From contig CAWDMN010000059.1 in the NCBI GenBank assembly GCA_963803155.1, positions 300,636-364,635 on the forward strand: a stretch of DNA of 64,000 nt, in the 5' to 3' direction. Position 1 is the stretch's first letter. The number at the start of each line of letters is the position of its first letter. Shown in pieces: positions 38,149 through 48,422 of this stretch. Below the pieces are notes generated by a model that was given only the letters and a program-made list of their open reading frames with translations, did not search any database and had not been told where the DNA came from. The position numbers were made by a program, and so were the translations under genes. This stretch comes from an uncultured Acidobacteriota bacterium. GTDB taxonomy: Bacteria > Acidobacteriota > Terriglobia > Versatilivoradales > Versatilivoraceae.

Positions 38149-39555
38149 TCAGTAAATGTCTCCCGTCCTGGTGAAGGAGAAACTTCCCATATCGCCCATA
38201 TTATTCTCGTCAAAATAAATAAATGCCGACTGGTTGTTCATGGTCACCGACCCGGCCGGGATAGAAGCAGCCCACATTCGCAGCGAGAACATTATCAGGT
38301 TATTGTCGAAGGGATCCTGAACTTGAAGAAGATAAGTGTCATTATTGACCTCTCCGGAAACCAGAAAATAATCGTTGGGAGAAGCTGGAGGAACCGCGGG
38401 GAATTTCCCGGAATCGATATGGAGGGTTCCGTACAACTGATCTCTCTCCTGGAACAACTCCAAAGTCACATTGCAGCTCACATTTCCACTGGTTCCAGCG
38501 AGGGAGCCTGACCAAATCCCAGCCATCGATCTGGTCACTTTGGTGGGATCGGTTATAGGAGACAAGGCAAAAGCTTCGAAGAAGCTGGCATCGCCAGTGG
38601 TCGCATTTCTCACGATAGAGTTGGCTACGATCCGGGGGGTCCCGCTGCCAGAAGGATTCGCGTTGGCTATTTCCAAAACCATCATGCCATAGCTAGGAAC
38701 ATTATTGCGAATGTCCGGGTTGAAGTACACACCGCTGGCCTTGATGGTAGCGGTGACGCGAGTACCCACTTCAGCGCCGTTGGAATCATAAAACTTAACC
38801 GTCAGATTGCCGTCGCCGGTTCCCACATTGGCCACGGATAAATTGGAAACCCAGGTACCACTTTTTATCGTAGAAAGAATGGCCAGCCGGGTTCCCGTTT
38901 TTTCCACGAAAGGCGCCGGCTTGTAAATCTGGTCGGCCACGGCCAATTCTACGGAAGGATCATCCACCGTCAAAGCAAGAGGAGTCCCCGAGAAAATGCT
39001 ATGAATGATGGAAGCCCAGGCGGTGACGGGTTGATCGGAATAGATCAACAGCCAGCCATAAAACGGAGAGGCGGTTCCGATATTAAAAGCCGAAGCCGGA
39101 TTGGCATTGGGATCCAATGAAACGATATTGCTGATCTGAACCATCTGGTTGGCTCTCACCGTCCGTGTGATGTAATTGGTCCCTCCCGAGGTGGCGGGCA
39201 TTTTATTTCCATTTTTGTCGAAAAGGTACATTTCCACATAAGCATCTGTAGAGGGCGCATAAACGCTTCCCTGAGAGAAATTGTTTATCCCGACATTCGT
39301 ACGATCTAATGTTTTCCCCGGATCCAACGAACAATAAACCAACGGAATAATATTTACGTAGGACACACCCGAACCCAAGTTGGCGCGTTGGCTCATCAAA
39401 TGTTCTACCCAGGCCCTCTGCGATTGCAGATGCGTGGAGTATTGATTGCCGGTTATGTTACGGGTGATATCACGGGCCAAAAGGAAGGATGCACTGCAGG
39501 AAAGAATCAGAGCCAATACCAGCATCTGGGAATAAACTTTCATCTTTTTCATCAT
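38149..39555 (-). CDS. secreted hypothetical protein (beta-rich)
   Basis: Clear signal peptide MMKKMKVYSQMLVLALILSCSASFLLA. No family recognised. Confidence 0.6.
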   Translation of the reverse strand: MMKKMKVYSQMLVLALILSCSASFLLARDITRNITGNQYSTHLQSQRAWVEHLMSQRANLGSGVSYVNIIPLVYCSLDPGKTLDRTNVGINNFSQGSVYAPSTDAYVEMYLFDKNGNKMPATSGGTNYITRTVRANQMVQISNIVSLDPNANPASAFNIGTASPFYGWLLIYSDQPVTAWASIIHSIFSGTPLALTVDDPSVELAVADQIYKPAPFVEKTGTRLAILSTIKSGTWVSNLSVANVGTGDGNLTVKFYDSNGAEVGTRVTATIKASGVYFNPDIRNNVPSYGMMVLEIANANPSGSGTPRIVANSIVRNATTGDASFFEAFALSPITDPTKVTRSMAGIWSGSLAGTSGNVSCNVTLELFQERDQLYGTLHIDSGKFPAVPPASPNDYFLVSGEVNNDTYLLQVQDPFDNNLIMFSLRMWAASIPAGSVTMNNQSAFIYFDENNMGDMGSFSFTRTGDIY

Positions 39556-39831
39556 TGCACCTCGCTGAAGTGTTTTCTTGTTTGGATGCCTGAAAGGAGA
39601 TTGCGGTTAGCTTGAAAGAGGCAAGCCTCTTTTACTCCTTTTCCAGAAAAACAGTCTTTATATCAAGCGAAATATTGAGAAGTGACGATCATCAGTGCAG
39701 ATTAGGCCAACTTCCAACGCAAAAAAAATGGATGCGCGATACCCAGGGGACCAACGCATCCATATTCAAAAAATATATCTAAAAGAAATTATGAATCCTG
39801 GTTCCATCAACCATCTTCAATTTCCCGGCGT

Positions 39832-41754
39832 TTACAACCGCCGGGAAACATCGTCAAAAGCCTTCTGGTTGACTTTCAATTTCCCAGCTTTGATCATCCC
39901 GTTCTTAACTTCATCCAGATAAGCCTGGAAAACTTGATCCTTCCGCTGCCCGGCTAAGGTCTCCCGCAGGTTTTCTTTTTCTTTGGCAAAATCTTCGGGC
40001 TTAATCGGAAATTTTTCCTTCAATTGAAAAACCGCCTGCTTTTGGCCCATCGCCACAACTGAACTTATTTCTCCCACGTTGGCGCTGAAGGCGAAACCAT
40101 CAATGGCGGAGGTGGATCCTAAATCCTGAATATTGCCATTCCGGGTAATCGGATCGCTGGTCTTGACAGTGCCTCCCATCGCTTTGACGGCAGCTTCAAA
40201 CGCGGCGCCAGATTTAACTTTGGCCACCAATTCCTGTGCCTTGATCCGGGCCACTTCCACCGACTTATTCGATTTGTAGTCTTGCTCCACTTTGGCGCGG
40301 ACTTCATTCAATTCCGGTACATAAGGCGCCTTGGCGCCGGTGAGTTTGGGAATGACATATCCACCCGGAATCCTTACGGGTGAGCCTATTTCGTTGGCCT
40401 TCATGGCAAAAAGCTTGCTGGAAAAATCGGGGGTGTTGCCAATGACCGGCACATCGCTTCCTTGGGCAAATAGAGGAGTGTCCATGACTTCGATCTTCAA
40501 CTCGCGGGCAATTCCTTCAAAAGAGGCATTGGTCCGGGTACGGCTGAATGCCTTGTCCGCCAGATCCTGCGCCATTTGGTCGGCTTTCCTCTGTTGAATG
40601 GTCGGCCGGATCAAATTGGCCACTTCCGCCAGCGGTTGAGTTCGGGCCGGCTGTTTTTCCATGACTTTGATGATATGAAATCCAAATTTCGTGGTCACCA
40701 AGTCACTGACCGCCCCTATCCCCAAAGTGAAAGCGGCTTGCTCAAAGGGGGGGACCATTTGTCCCCGTCCGAAGAGTCCGAGATCGCCGCCATTAGAGGC
40801 GCTGGTATCCTCGGAATATTTCTTGGCCAATGCGGCAAAATCAGCGCCACTCTTAACTTGCTTAAGCACATCCATCGCTTTGGACTTGATTTTCGCCACC
40901 TCTTCAGGCGGTTTTCCTTCCGTCTTGAACAGGATGTGAGAAGCGCGCACCCGCTCCGGCAATTGATAGGTCTGCAAATTCTGCTGGTAGTAATTGTTCA
41001 ATTCGGCATCCGTCACCTGCACTGAACCCGCAAGCCTCGCCGAATTCACATAAAGGCATTGGGCCTTGCGTTGTTCGGGGAGCCGGTAATTTTCGCGGTT
41101 GGAGTTGAAGTATTTTTTCAATTCATTCTCATCCACCGTGACGCCGCTGGTTAAATTCACCGGGTCAAACACCACATAGCTTACTTTTATTTTTTCGTTC
41201 CGATTCTGGTATTCTTTCTCGACTTCGGCGTCGCTGACCATCACCCCATCGGTTATGAGATCGTGGAGCCGCGTCCGCACAATTTCCTGACGGATTTCGT
41301 TTTCGAAATCCGTCGGGCTCATGCCTTGATTACGCAAGATGGCCTCGTAGCGGGCCATAACAAAGGCGCCATTATCCTGAAAGAATGGAAAACTGAGTAT
41401 CTTCTGCTGAATGTCACTCGCCGTGGCATTCAAGCCGAGGCGCTGTCCTTCCGAGATAATGACTTCCTGGGAAATCAATTGATTGAGAATCTGCTGATCA
41501 AACCGAAGGGCTTTCAGATATTGCCGGTCAAAAGGGATTCGGTTATTTCGCAGAAAGCGGCTGTAGGCGGTGGTGAATTCCGCGTTCGAAATTTCTTTTT
41601 TCCCAACTTTGGCCAACACCGATTGGCTTAATCCGCCACCCCAACTCCCGCCTGAAAAACCAGGAATCAGGTAAGCTACCAAACCGAAAATCAAAGGAAT
41701 GAGGAATAGGCCGAGAACCTTTTTTTTCTCCCGGCGCATAAAATCAAGCACCAT
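39832..41754 (-). CDS. periplasmic chaperone / peptidyl-prolyl isomerase PpiD-like (SurA-N domain + parvulin domain, N-terminal TM anchor)
   Basis: N-terminal anchor KKVLGLFLIPLIFGLVAYL. Parvulin block GGDLGLFGRGQMVPPFEQAAF...GFHIIKV. Confidence 0.8.
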   Translation of the reverse strand: MVLDFMRREKKKVLGLFLIPLIFGLVAYLIPGFSGGSWGGGLSQSVLAKVGKKEISNAEFTTAYSRFLRNNRIPFDRQYLKALRFDQQILNQLISQEVIISEGQRLGLNATASDIQQKILSFPFFQDNGAFVMARYEAILRNQGMSPTDFENEIRQEIVRTRLHDLITDGVMVSDAEVEKEYQNRNEKIKVSYVVFDPVNLTSGVTVDENELKKYFNSNRENYRLPEQRKAQCLYVNSARLAGSVQVTDAELNNYYQQNLQTYQLPERVRASHILFKTEGKPPEEVAKIKSKAMDVLKQVKSGADFAALAKKYSEDTSASNGGDLGLFGRGQMVPPFEQAAFTLGIGAVSDLVTTKFGFHIIKVMEKQPARTQPLAEVANLIRPTIQQRKADQMAQDLADKAFSRTRTNASFEGIARELKIEVMDTPLFAQGSDVPVIGNTPDFSSKLFAMKANEIGSPVRIPGGYVIPKLTGAKAPYVPELNEVRAKVEQDYKSNKSVEVARIKAQELVAKVKSGAAFEAAVKAMGGTVKTSDPITRNGNIQDLGSTSAIDGFAFSANVGEISSVVAMGQKQAVFQLKEKFPIKPEDFAKEKENLRETLAGQRKDQVFQAYLDEVKNGMIKAGKLKVNQKAFDDVSRRL

Positions 41755-42356
41755 GTCAGTTCATCATCTCCCTATGAAAATTTAATTACCAACAAGCAAA
41801 CAATGCCACTCTTTCCCAAAATTGACCCTTTTTGTGGCAGTCTTAAGCCACCAGAACACGGGGAAAACCATGTCGCACGCCGTCGAAAATCCGCCCCAAA
41901 AAACCTCCACAAACTTAACGGACCGATGCCGGGTGTCCCACTCCGAAACATCACCAAGGCTCAATTCCGACCCGAGGGAAATTGAACTTATGAAAAGTCC
42001 AAACATGTTTCAATAACGAATAGAAGAGGGAGATTGGATTTCCGGGGACCTTCCCTTTTGATCAGCCATGGAACAGATCCGATCGCTCTCCCCCATGAAG
42101 CGAATACGGTTCTCCCCACAGAGGGAAAAGAGTAAACTATAACATTATCCTTGGCAATCAAATTTATTCTATCGGGATGACGGCAAAGTGCCGAATAGAG
42201 AAACGATTGCAGGCTGAGCAGGCAATTTTAAGCTTGGATTGCGATACATTGAGGGTTTGACATTGATTATTTAGCCGAGTTGCGGCAAGGCAAAATCATC
42301 TCGGATTCCCGAGTTAACTATAAAATCTTGTTTTCTCATTTTGGCTGATTGAAACC

Positions 42357-43631
42357 GTGGCAAAACAGAAAAAACTGGAAATATATTGGTACACGATCAC
42401 CTATCGGACGGTTCTGCTGTGGACTCTGCTTTTAGCGGTTCTGGTTGCGTGTGCTTCTTTTCCATTTATTAAACAGCCAATCACGCGGTTTTTGGCCACT
42501 CAAGCCAAAAAAATTCTGGATCCGGAATCTAATCCCACCTCCCCAGGATTGGGAAAAAGCGGGGGCTTTGCCATTATCAAGGGGACGGTCAAAGTAAAAA
42601 AGGCCAGCTCTAACCAATGGATCAGCGCGGATTACCAGACCAAACTGGAAACCGGCGATTATATCCAAACCTCTTCCGATGGAAACTCCCGGATTCAATT
42701 TCCCGATGGAACCACCTACGACATGAAGCCCGACTCATTGTTGGTGGTTCAGGAAAATTCCGAAAATCCCCGGGATAACGCCAAGAAGGTCTCGGTGCGG
42801 GTGACTTCGGGGGCCGTGGATCTCTCCACCACCAAACGGGAGGTGAGCAATTCCCGCTCCGAAGTATCGGCGGCATCGGCTGTAGCGGTGCTGAATCAAG
42901 ACACGCGAATGGCCGTGGAAATGAATCCCGTTTCGCGCACATCTCAGTTCATGGTCAGTCGTGGGCAGGCCGTGGTGCGGCATCAGAATGGGGCTGAAGC
43001 GGAAATCAACCCTTATGAAAGCGTGACGGTGACTGAAAAACAAATGGTGAAAGAAAAAATGTTCGCGCCTCCCGAATTGCTTTCCCCGGAAAGCTTCCGT
43101 CCCCTGGTAGTCAAGCCGGGAGCGCCCGCCAAAGTCTTATTCTCCTGGAGGCCCGTCGCTAAAGCCACTTCCTATCACATACGCATCTCCAACTCGCAGA
43201 TTTTCTCAAAAATCTTCCGGGAAGAAACCGTCCGGGGGAAAACCGAATATGCGGCTGCCGGATTTAATGAAGGCACCTACTATTGGGCTGTCAATTCGAT
43301 TGACGAAATCAACAGACAGACCAGCAAAGAAAACGATCCCCCCGGAAAGTTCACCGTCATCTTCCAAACCGGAAGCGAAAAGGAGGCTTCCAACGTTTTT
43401 CTCACCATCGACCGGGTCTATCGCATGGGCAGTTTTTATCAGATCATCGGACGGACCACTCCCGGAAACACAATCCTGGTCAATGATGAGGCGGTTCTGA
43501 CGGAAATCGACGGCACCTTTAAACAGATTACTTCCCCAGTCCCGCACAAGGGGAAATTCCTCATTAGCATCACTGCGCAGGAACGGAGCGGGAACAGCAA
43601 AACGATCCCGTATTTCGTCGATATCGATTAG
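42357..43631 (+). CDS. FecR-domain membrane-anchored protein
   Basis: One N-terminal TM helix. A FecR-like beta segment follows (GDYIQTSSDGNSRIQFPDGTTYDMKPDSLLVV). Confidence 0.5.
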   Translation: MAKQKKLEIYWYTITYRTVLLWTLLLAVLVACASFPFIKQPITRFLATQAKKILDPESNPTSPGLGKSGGFAIIKGTVKVKKASSNQWISADYQTKLETGDYIQTSSDGNSRIQFPDGTTYDMKPDSLLVVQENSENPRDNAKKVSVRVTSGAVDLSTTKREVSNSRSEVSAASAVAVLNQDTRMAVEMNPVSRTSQFMVSRGQAVVRHQNGAEAEINPYESVTVTEKQMVKEKMFAPPELLSPESFRPLVVKPGAPAKVLFSWRPVAKATSYHIRISNSQIFSKIFREETVRGKTEYAAAGFNEGTYYWAVNSIDEINRQTSKENDPPGKFTVIFQTGSEKEASNVFLTIDRVYRMGSFYQIIGRTTPGNTILVNDEAVLTEIDGTFKQITSPVPHKGKFLISITAQERSGNSKTIPYFVDID

Positions 43632-43806
43632 CTCTGGCCCCTCTATTTTAAATTCCACTCTCCATGTCTGGGCTTCCAGCGCTCGCATAAAGATTACGCC
43701 AGAAACCTTGCCGCGGATCTTCGTTTGCTTGGGCAACCTTTGCATCTCCTCTGCCTTTACGGACAGTTGCCTCTCTAAGACAGGAATTGATATTCTTTGC
43801 CACGGC

Positions 43807-43865
43807 GATTATTCCGACTCCGATTATTCCGACTGAGATTATTCCGACTAGGGAATTTTCGACAT
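43807..43865 (+). repeat. three perfect tandem copies of GATTATTCCGACT at 15-bp period plus a degenerate fourth (ATTTTCGACA), about 50 bp upstream of mreB
   Basis: Read directly: 43807-43819, 43822-43834, 43837-43849. Confidence 0.8.
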
Positions 43866-43912
43866 TTAGAATATAATCCTCCCTGTCATTTGAACGGAGG
43901 AATCTATTCCCA

Positions 43913-44944
43913 ATGAATTTGAGATCTTTATTTCACCTGTTTTCGAGTGATTTAGCCATTGATTTAGGCACTGCCAATTCCCTGGTTTATGCCAAAGGGA
44001 AAGGAATAATAGTAAATGAGCCCTCGATTGTTGCCATTCATAAACAGACGGGCGAAATTGAGGCTGTGGGGAAGGAAGCCAAGGAGATGCTGGGGCGGAC
44101 TCCGGGAAATATCGTGGCCATCCGCCCTCTGAAAGATGGAGTGATTGCCGATTTTAAAGTCACGGAAAAAATGCTCAATCACTTCATCCAAAAAGCTCAT
44201 GGCCGCAAGATGTTGGTGCATCCCCGGATTGTGATTGGAGTGCCTTCGGAGATCACGCAAGTGGAAAAACGGGCCGTGATCGATTCGGCGTTTCGGGCCA
44301 AAGCCAGCGAGGTTTACCTGGTTGAGCAAGCCATGATGGCGGCCATTGGCGCCGGCTTGCCGATCACCGAACCCTCTGGCAATATGGTGGTGGACATTGG
44401 GGGGGGCACTACGGATATTGCGGTCATCTCGCTCTCCGGCATCGTCTATAGCCGCTCCGTCCGATTGGCTGGCAATGAAATGGATGAAGCCATCACCCAA
44501 TATATTAAGCGGAAATACAACCTCTTGATCGGCGAACGAACCGCCGAACATATCAAAATCGATATCGGATCCGCCTATCCTCTTGACGCCCCGATTTCCA
44601 TGGAAATCAAGGGGAGGAACCTCATCGAGGGCATCCCCAAGACTTTGGTGATCACAGACGACGAAATCCGGGAAGCATTGTCGGAATGCGTGAGCACCAT
44701 CGTGAATGCCGTGCGGGTGGCGCTGGAAAGAACTCCTCCGGAACTCTCCGCGGACATCGTGGACAAAGGGATTGTATTGACCGGCGGCGGCGCCATGCTC
44801 CGGAATCTGGATAAACGGATCCGTGAAGAAACCGGCCTGCCCGTCATGTTGGCCGACGATCCGCTCTCTTCCGTGGTGCTGGGCACGGGAAGACTGCTCA
44901 CCGACTTCAACCTCCTGAAACGGATTTCGATTGACTCCTTTTGA
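43913..44944 (+). CDS. mreB: rod shape-determining protein MreB
   Basis: Actin-fold phosphate 1 (DLGTANSLVY), phosphate 2 (VVDIGGGTTDIAV), adenosine motif, and C-terminal LTGGGAMLRNLD. Confidence 0.95.
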   Translation: MNLRSLFHLFSSDLAIDLGTANSLVYAKGKGIIVNEPSIVAIHKQTGEIEAVGKEAKEMLGRTPGNIVAIRPLKDGVIADFKVTEKMLNHFIQKAHGRKMLVHPRIVIGVPSEITQVEKRAVIDSAFRAKASEVYLVEQAMMAAIGAGLPITEPSGNMVVDIGGGTTDIAVISLSGIVYSRSVRLAGNEMDEAITQYIKRKYNLLIGERTAEHIKIDIGSAYPLDAPISMEIKGRNLIEGIPKTLVITDDEIREALSECVSTIVNAVRVALERTPPELSADIVDKGIVLTGGGAMLRNLDKRIREETGLPVMLADDPLSSVVLGTGRLLTDFNLLKRISIDSF

Positions 44945-45052
44945 AACAGTGGTCGATGGCCAGCGGCGGGTGGCCGGCATGCATCTTTGGCGCAAGTTGA
45001 ATCCACCCAACGAGCCCTGTCCGTTGGCCATTCATCGCGGACAACCGTTCCC

Positions 45053-45874
45053 ATGAAGCAAATTTTCCGATCCCGCGGCAATATGATCGTGCTCGGCCTG
45101 GCTTTTTTTCTGCACCTGCTGCTGCTTTCACTGCAGGCCGTCAAAACCACCCAAACGCCCTTGCTGCGCGGCTTGTTGATGGACTTCTCTTCAGTTTTTT
45201 TGCGCGCCTCCGATGGCGCGGTTCAGCGGATGAAAAATATCTGGGACGGCTATATCGATCTGCGCCAAGCGCGCGAGGAGAATCAATCGCTGAAAGCCAG
45301 CATCGCTGCGTTTGAAAAACAGCTAACCTTGAGCCGCGAAAAACTCAAGGAATCCGGCCGCTTCACTCTGCTGGAAGAATTGGACAAAACGCTGAATCTT
45401 CCCAGCGTCAAGGCCAGGATTATCGGAGCAGATACCAGCCAATGGTACGGCTCACGGCTCCTGAACCGGGGGAAGAACGCGGGAGTGTCTTTGGATTGCG
45501 CCGTACTGGCTCCGGAAGGAGTATTGGGCCGAATTGTTCATGTTTCGAGCACCACGAGTATCATGCAATTAGTGACCGACATCGAGAGTGGGGCTGGCGT
45601 GATTTTGGAAGGGAGCCGAGCCCAAGGGGCTTTAAAAGGAGAAGGAGACACTTCAGCCTCCATTGATTATATCCGCAGCAGTGAGACGGTGACGGTGGGC
45701 GAGCGGGTGTTGACTTCCGGATTGGATCAGATTTATCCGAAAGGATTGCTGGTGGGCACGGTGAGTCGGGTTATTCCCACGCGGCAAATCTATCAATCGA
45801 TCCGTGTCAGCATAGCGGCCCGGCCCGAACATACGGAGGAGGTCCTGATTCTTTTGAAAGGCCGCGAGAATTGA
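45053..45874 (+). CDS. mreC: rod shape-determining protein MreC
   Basis: Start moved to ATG 45053 (MKQIFRSRGNMIVLGLAFFL), just before the TM helix. Coiled-coil region, then a beta domain. Conserved position after mreB. Confidence 0.8.
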   Translation: MKQIFRSRGNMIVLGLAFFLHLLLLSLQAVKTTQTPLLRGLLMDFSSVFLRASDGAVQRMKNIWDGYIDLRQAREENQSLKASIAAFEKQLTLSREKLKESGRFTLLEELDKTLNLPSVKARIIGADTSQWYGSRLLNRGKNAGVSLDCAVLAPEGVLGRIVHVSSTTSIMQLVTDIESGAGVILEGSRAQGALKGEGDTSASIDYIRSSETVTVGERVLTSGLDQIYPKGLLVGTVSRVIPTRQIYQSIRVSIAARPEHTEEVLILLKGREN

Positions 45875-45875
45875 A

Positions 45876-46364
45876 ATGATGGAACTGCTCCGCCCAGCTC
45901 TGATCGGGTTTTTGCTCATCCTGACGGTGATCCTGCAATCTTTTATGGCGCACCAACTGCCCTGGCTGGCCGTATTGGATTTTCCGTTGATACTAATTCT
46001 ATATATTGCTCTGACCCGCGACCGTCTCCTGTTGGTAATTTTGCTCGGCATCGCTGTTGGGATTTGGCAGGACAGCTTATCTCTTTGTCCGCTGGGCATG
46101 AATGGTTTGGTCAAACTCTCCATTGGGACCGTGGCATTTTTCGCCAGCGCTTACATTGCCGTCGACCGCATCAACACCCGCTGGGGAGTGCTCTTTTCCT
46201 GCGCTTCCCTCTCTGCCCTTCTATTTTGGAGTCTGCGAATCCTCTTTCTCAATCGGAGCGAGTTCTTCCCGGGGCAAACTATTCTGCTGGGAGGTTTGAT
46301 GAATGCAACGGTGGGGTTGTTGTTTTTTTACCTTTTCGACAAAATATTAAAGAAACCGGAGTAA
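45876..46364 (+). CDS. mreD: rod shape-determining protein MreD
   Basis: 162-aa polytopic membrane protein immediately after mreC. Confidence 0.7.
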   Translation: MMELLRPALIGFLLILTVILQSFMAHQLPWLAVLDFPLILILYIALTRDRLLLVILLGIAVGIWQDSLSLCPLGMNGLVKLSIGTVAFFASAYIAVDRINTRWGVLFSCASLSALLFWSLRILFLNRSEFFPGQTILLGGLMNATVGLLFFYLFDKILKKPE

Positions 46365-46431
46365 TCGGGGTCTGGTCCATTTTTAAAGGATCGCTCCGCC
46401 TGAATCTCGATAGGCTGCTGGTGTTTTTTCG

Positions 46432-48288
46432 ATGACTCTAAAAGATTTTTATGAGGATAAGAAATTCCTGTTGGGGCGGGTTCCGTTGCTGCAAATCGTG
46501 GTGGTTGGTATCTTTATTTTTCTTCTCCTGGGCCTCTGGTACCTGCAATTGCTTCAACACCGATATTACGTGGAACTCTCCGACCGGAATCGTTTGCGTT
46601 CCATCCCCTTGACTGCGCCTCGTGGCCGAATCCTTGACCGGTATGGCCGGATTGTCGTCGAAAACCGGCCCTCCTACACCCTCTCAGCCATGCGGGACAA
46701 TCTGGCGCAAGTGCAAAACAATCTGGATTTGCTGGCAAAAGGGCTGGGCCTGGAAAAAGACTCCCTGCTGGCGCGAATCGAGAAGTACAAAGTCCAGCCC
46801 AGTTACTACCCCATCATAATCAAGGAAGATTTAACCATCGAAGATTTGACATTTGTTGCCGCGCACCGTTTGGAATTTCCTGGATTGGACATTACCCCCC
46901 AACCCCGCCGGCTCTATCTCGAAGGAGCATTGGCGGCTCACCTGTTGGGATACGTGGGTGAGATTTCTGAAAAGGAGCTGGCCCGCCCGGAATTTCAGGG
47001 GCTTCCGATGGGCAGCATTATCGGGAAGTCTGGACTGGAACGACAATATAACCGGATCCTGATGGGAGTGGATGGCCAAAAGAAAGTCATTGTGGACAGC
47101 CGCGGGAAAGAAGTCGCAATCCTCGAGACTGTGGAATCACAAGCGGGCAATGACTTGCGGATTACCATCGATCTGGACCTCCAACGAGCGGCCGAAAAAG
47201 CACTGGGCGAACAGACCGGCGCGGCCGTGGCCCTGGATCCCCGCTCGGGTGAAATTCTGGCACTGGTGAGCCATCCGGCCTTCGATCCCAACGCTTTCAC
47301 TTCCCGCATCAGCCGTCAGGAATGGGACGATCTAATCAACGATCCCAGAAAGCCCATGCATGACCGTGTCATTCAGAGCCGTTTCGCTCCGGGCAGCGTC
47401 TTCAAAGTAATCATGACCGTTGCGGGACTCGGTGAAAAAATTTTGGGGCCCGAGTCGGAAGATTTTTGCAACGGTGCAACCATCCTGTATGGCCGGCCTT
47501 TCCATTGTGACCGGGCGCGAGGCCATGGCCGTGTAGACCTTCATCGGGCCATCGTGGAATCCTGCAATATCTTTTTTTATCACCTGGGCCAAAAGCTTGG
47601 CATTGACAAAATTGCCGCTTATGGACAGAAATTCGGCCTGGGACAAAAGACCGGAATCGATCTCCCCGGCGAAGACAGCGGCATCCTCCCTTCCCCAGCC
47701 TGGAAAAGGAAAGTTTTTAAGACCGACTGGTATGCCGGGGAAACCATTTCGGTGGCGATTGGACAGGGGTATGTGGCGCTCACTCCGATCCAAGTGGCCC
47801 GCGCTTTTGGGGCCCTTGGCATGGGCGGGATACTGAAAACTCCCCATCTGATCTCGCCAGAAGAATCCAACCGTTTACACCTCACACCCGTGGTGGCGGA
47901 GAATCGGTTTTCCGTCGATCCCATCACGCTTCAAATTGTGACCAGCGGTCTATGGGGCGTGGTGAACGAGCCGGGAGGGACTGGATCACGAGCCGCCGTC
48001 GCGGGATTCGACGTCTGCGGGAAAACCGGGACGGCCCAGGTGGTTGGACGGGAAGCTCAAAAAGAAAAAGCCGAGGGCGGGGAGTTTGGCGATAACGCCT
48101 GGTTTGTCGCCTTTGCTCCCAAGGACTCTCCGGAGATCGCAGCCGCTGTCTTCGTGGAACATGGCGGGCATGGCGGCGCGGTGGCCGCCCCCATCGTCCG
48201 CGACATGTTTGAAACTTATTATCGGAAGACTCGCCCCCAGGCCGTTCACACGGAAATTGCATCAAATCCCGTGCCGCCAAGCCGATAG
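46432..48288 (+). CDS. mrdA: penicillin-binding protein 2 (elongasome transpeptidase)
   Basis: N-terminal TM helix. Transpeptidase motifs SVFK (the SxxK is in APGSVFKVIM) and KTGTA. Position between mreD and rodA. Confidence 0.9.
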   Translation: MTLKDFYEDKKFLLGRVPLLQIVVVGIFIFLLLGLWYLQLLQHRYYVELSDRNRLRSIPLTAPRGRILDRYGRIVVENRPSYTLSAMRDNLAQVQNNLDLLAKGLGLEKDSLLARIEKYKVQPSYYPIIIKEDLTIEDLTFVAAHRLEFPGLDITPQPRRLYLEGALAAHLLGYVGEISEKELARPEFQGLPMGSIIGKSGLERQYNRILMGVDGQKKVIVDSRGKEVAILETVESQAGNDLRITIDLDLQRAAEKALGEQTGAAVALDPRSGEILALVSHPAFDPNAFTSRISRQEWDDLINDPRKPMHDRVIQSRFAPGSVFKVIMTVAGLGEKILGPESEDFCNGATILYGRPFHCDRARGHGRVDLHRAIVESCNIFFYHLGQKLGIDKIAAYGQKFGLGQKTGIDLPGEDSGILPSPAWKRKVFKTDWYAGETISVAIGQGYVALTPIQVARAFGALGMGGILKTPHLISPEESNRLHLTPVVAENRFSVDPITLQIVTSGLWGVVNEPGGTGSRAAVAGFDVCGKTGTAQVVGREAQKEKAEGGEFGDNAWFVAFAPKDSPEIAAAVFVEHGGHGGAVAAPIVRDMFETYYRKTRPQAVHTEIASNPVPPSR

Positions 48289-48422
48289 GGTATATTCACA
48301 AGTTTTTCCAGATTTGATTTTGATGGGCCGAATGGGAAAATTGCCAAAGATGATTTGGGGGGATAAGGAAGCGGACTCCAAAATCACGGAACAATGAGGC
48401 CTGGACCAGCAAGGATTTTTTT

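Noticed and set aside
43807-43865. Possible mini-CRISPR from the 15-bp periodic repeats
   Set aside because: Only three units. The 12-bp repeat with a 3-bp spacer is far below CRISPR dimensions, and there are no cas genes.
43964-45031. 355-aa minus-strand ORF antisense to mreB/mreC
   Set aside because: It lies entirely inside the highly conserved mreB reading frame. His/Arg/Gly-rich composition is typical of antisense frames in GC-rich DNA. There are no motifs.
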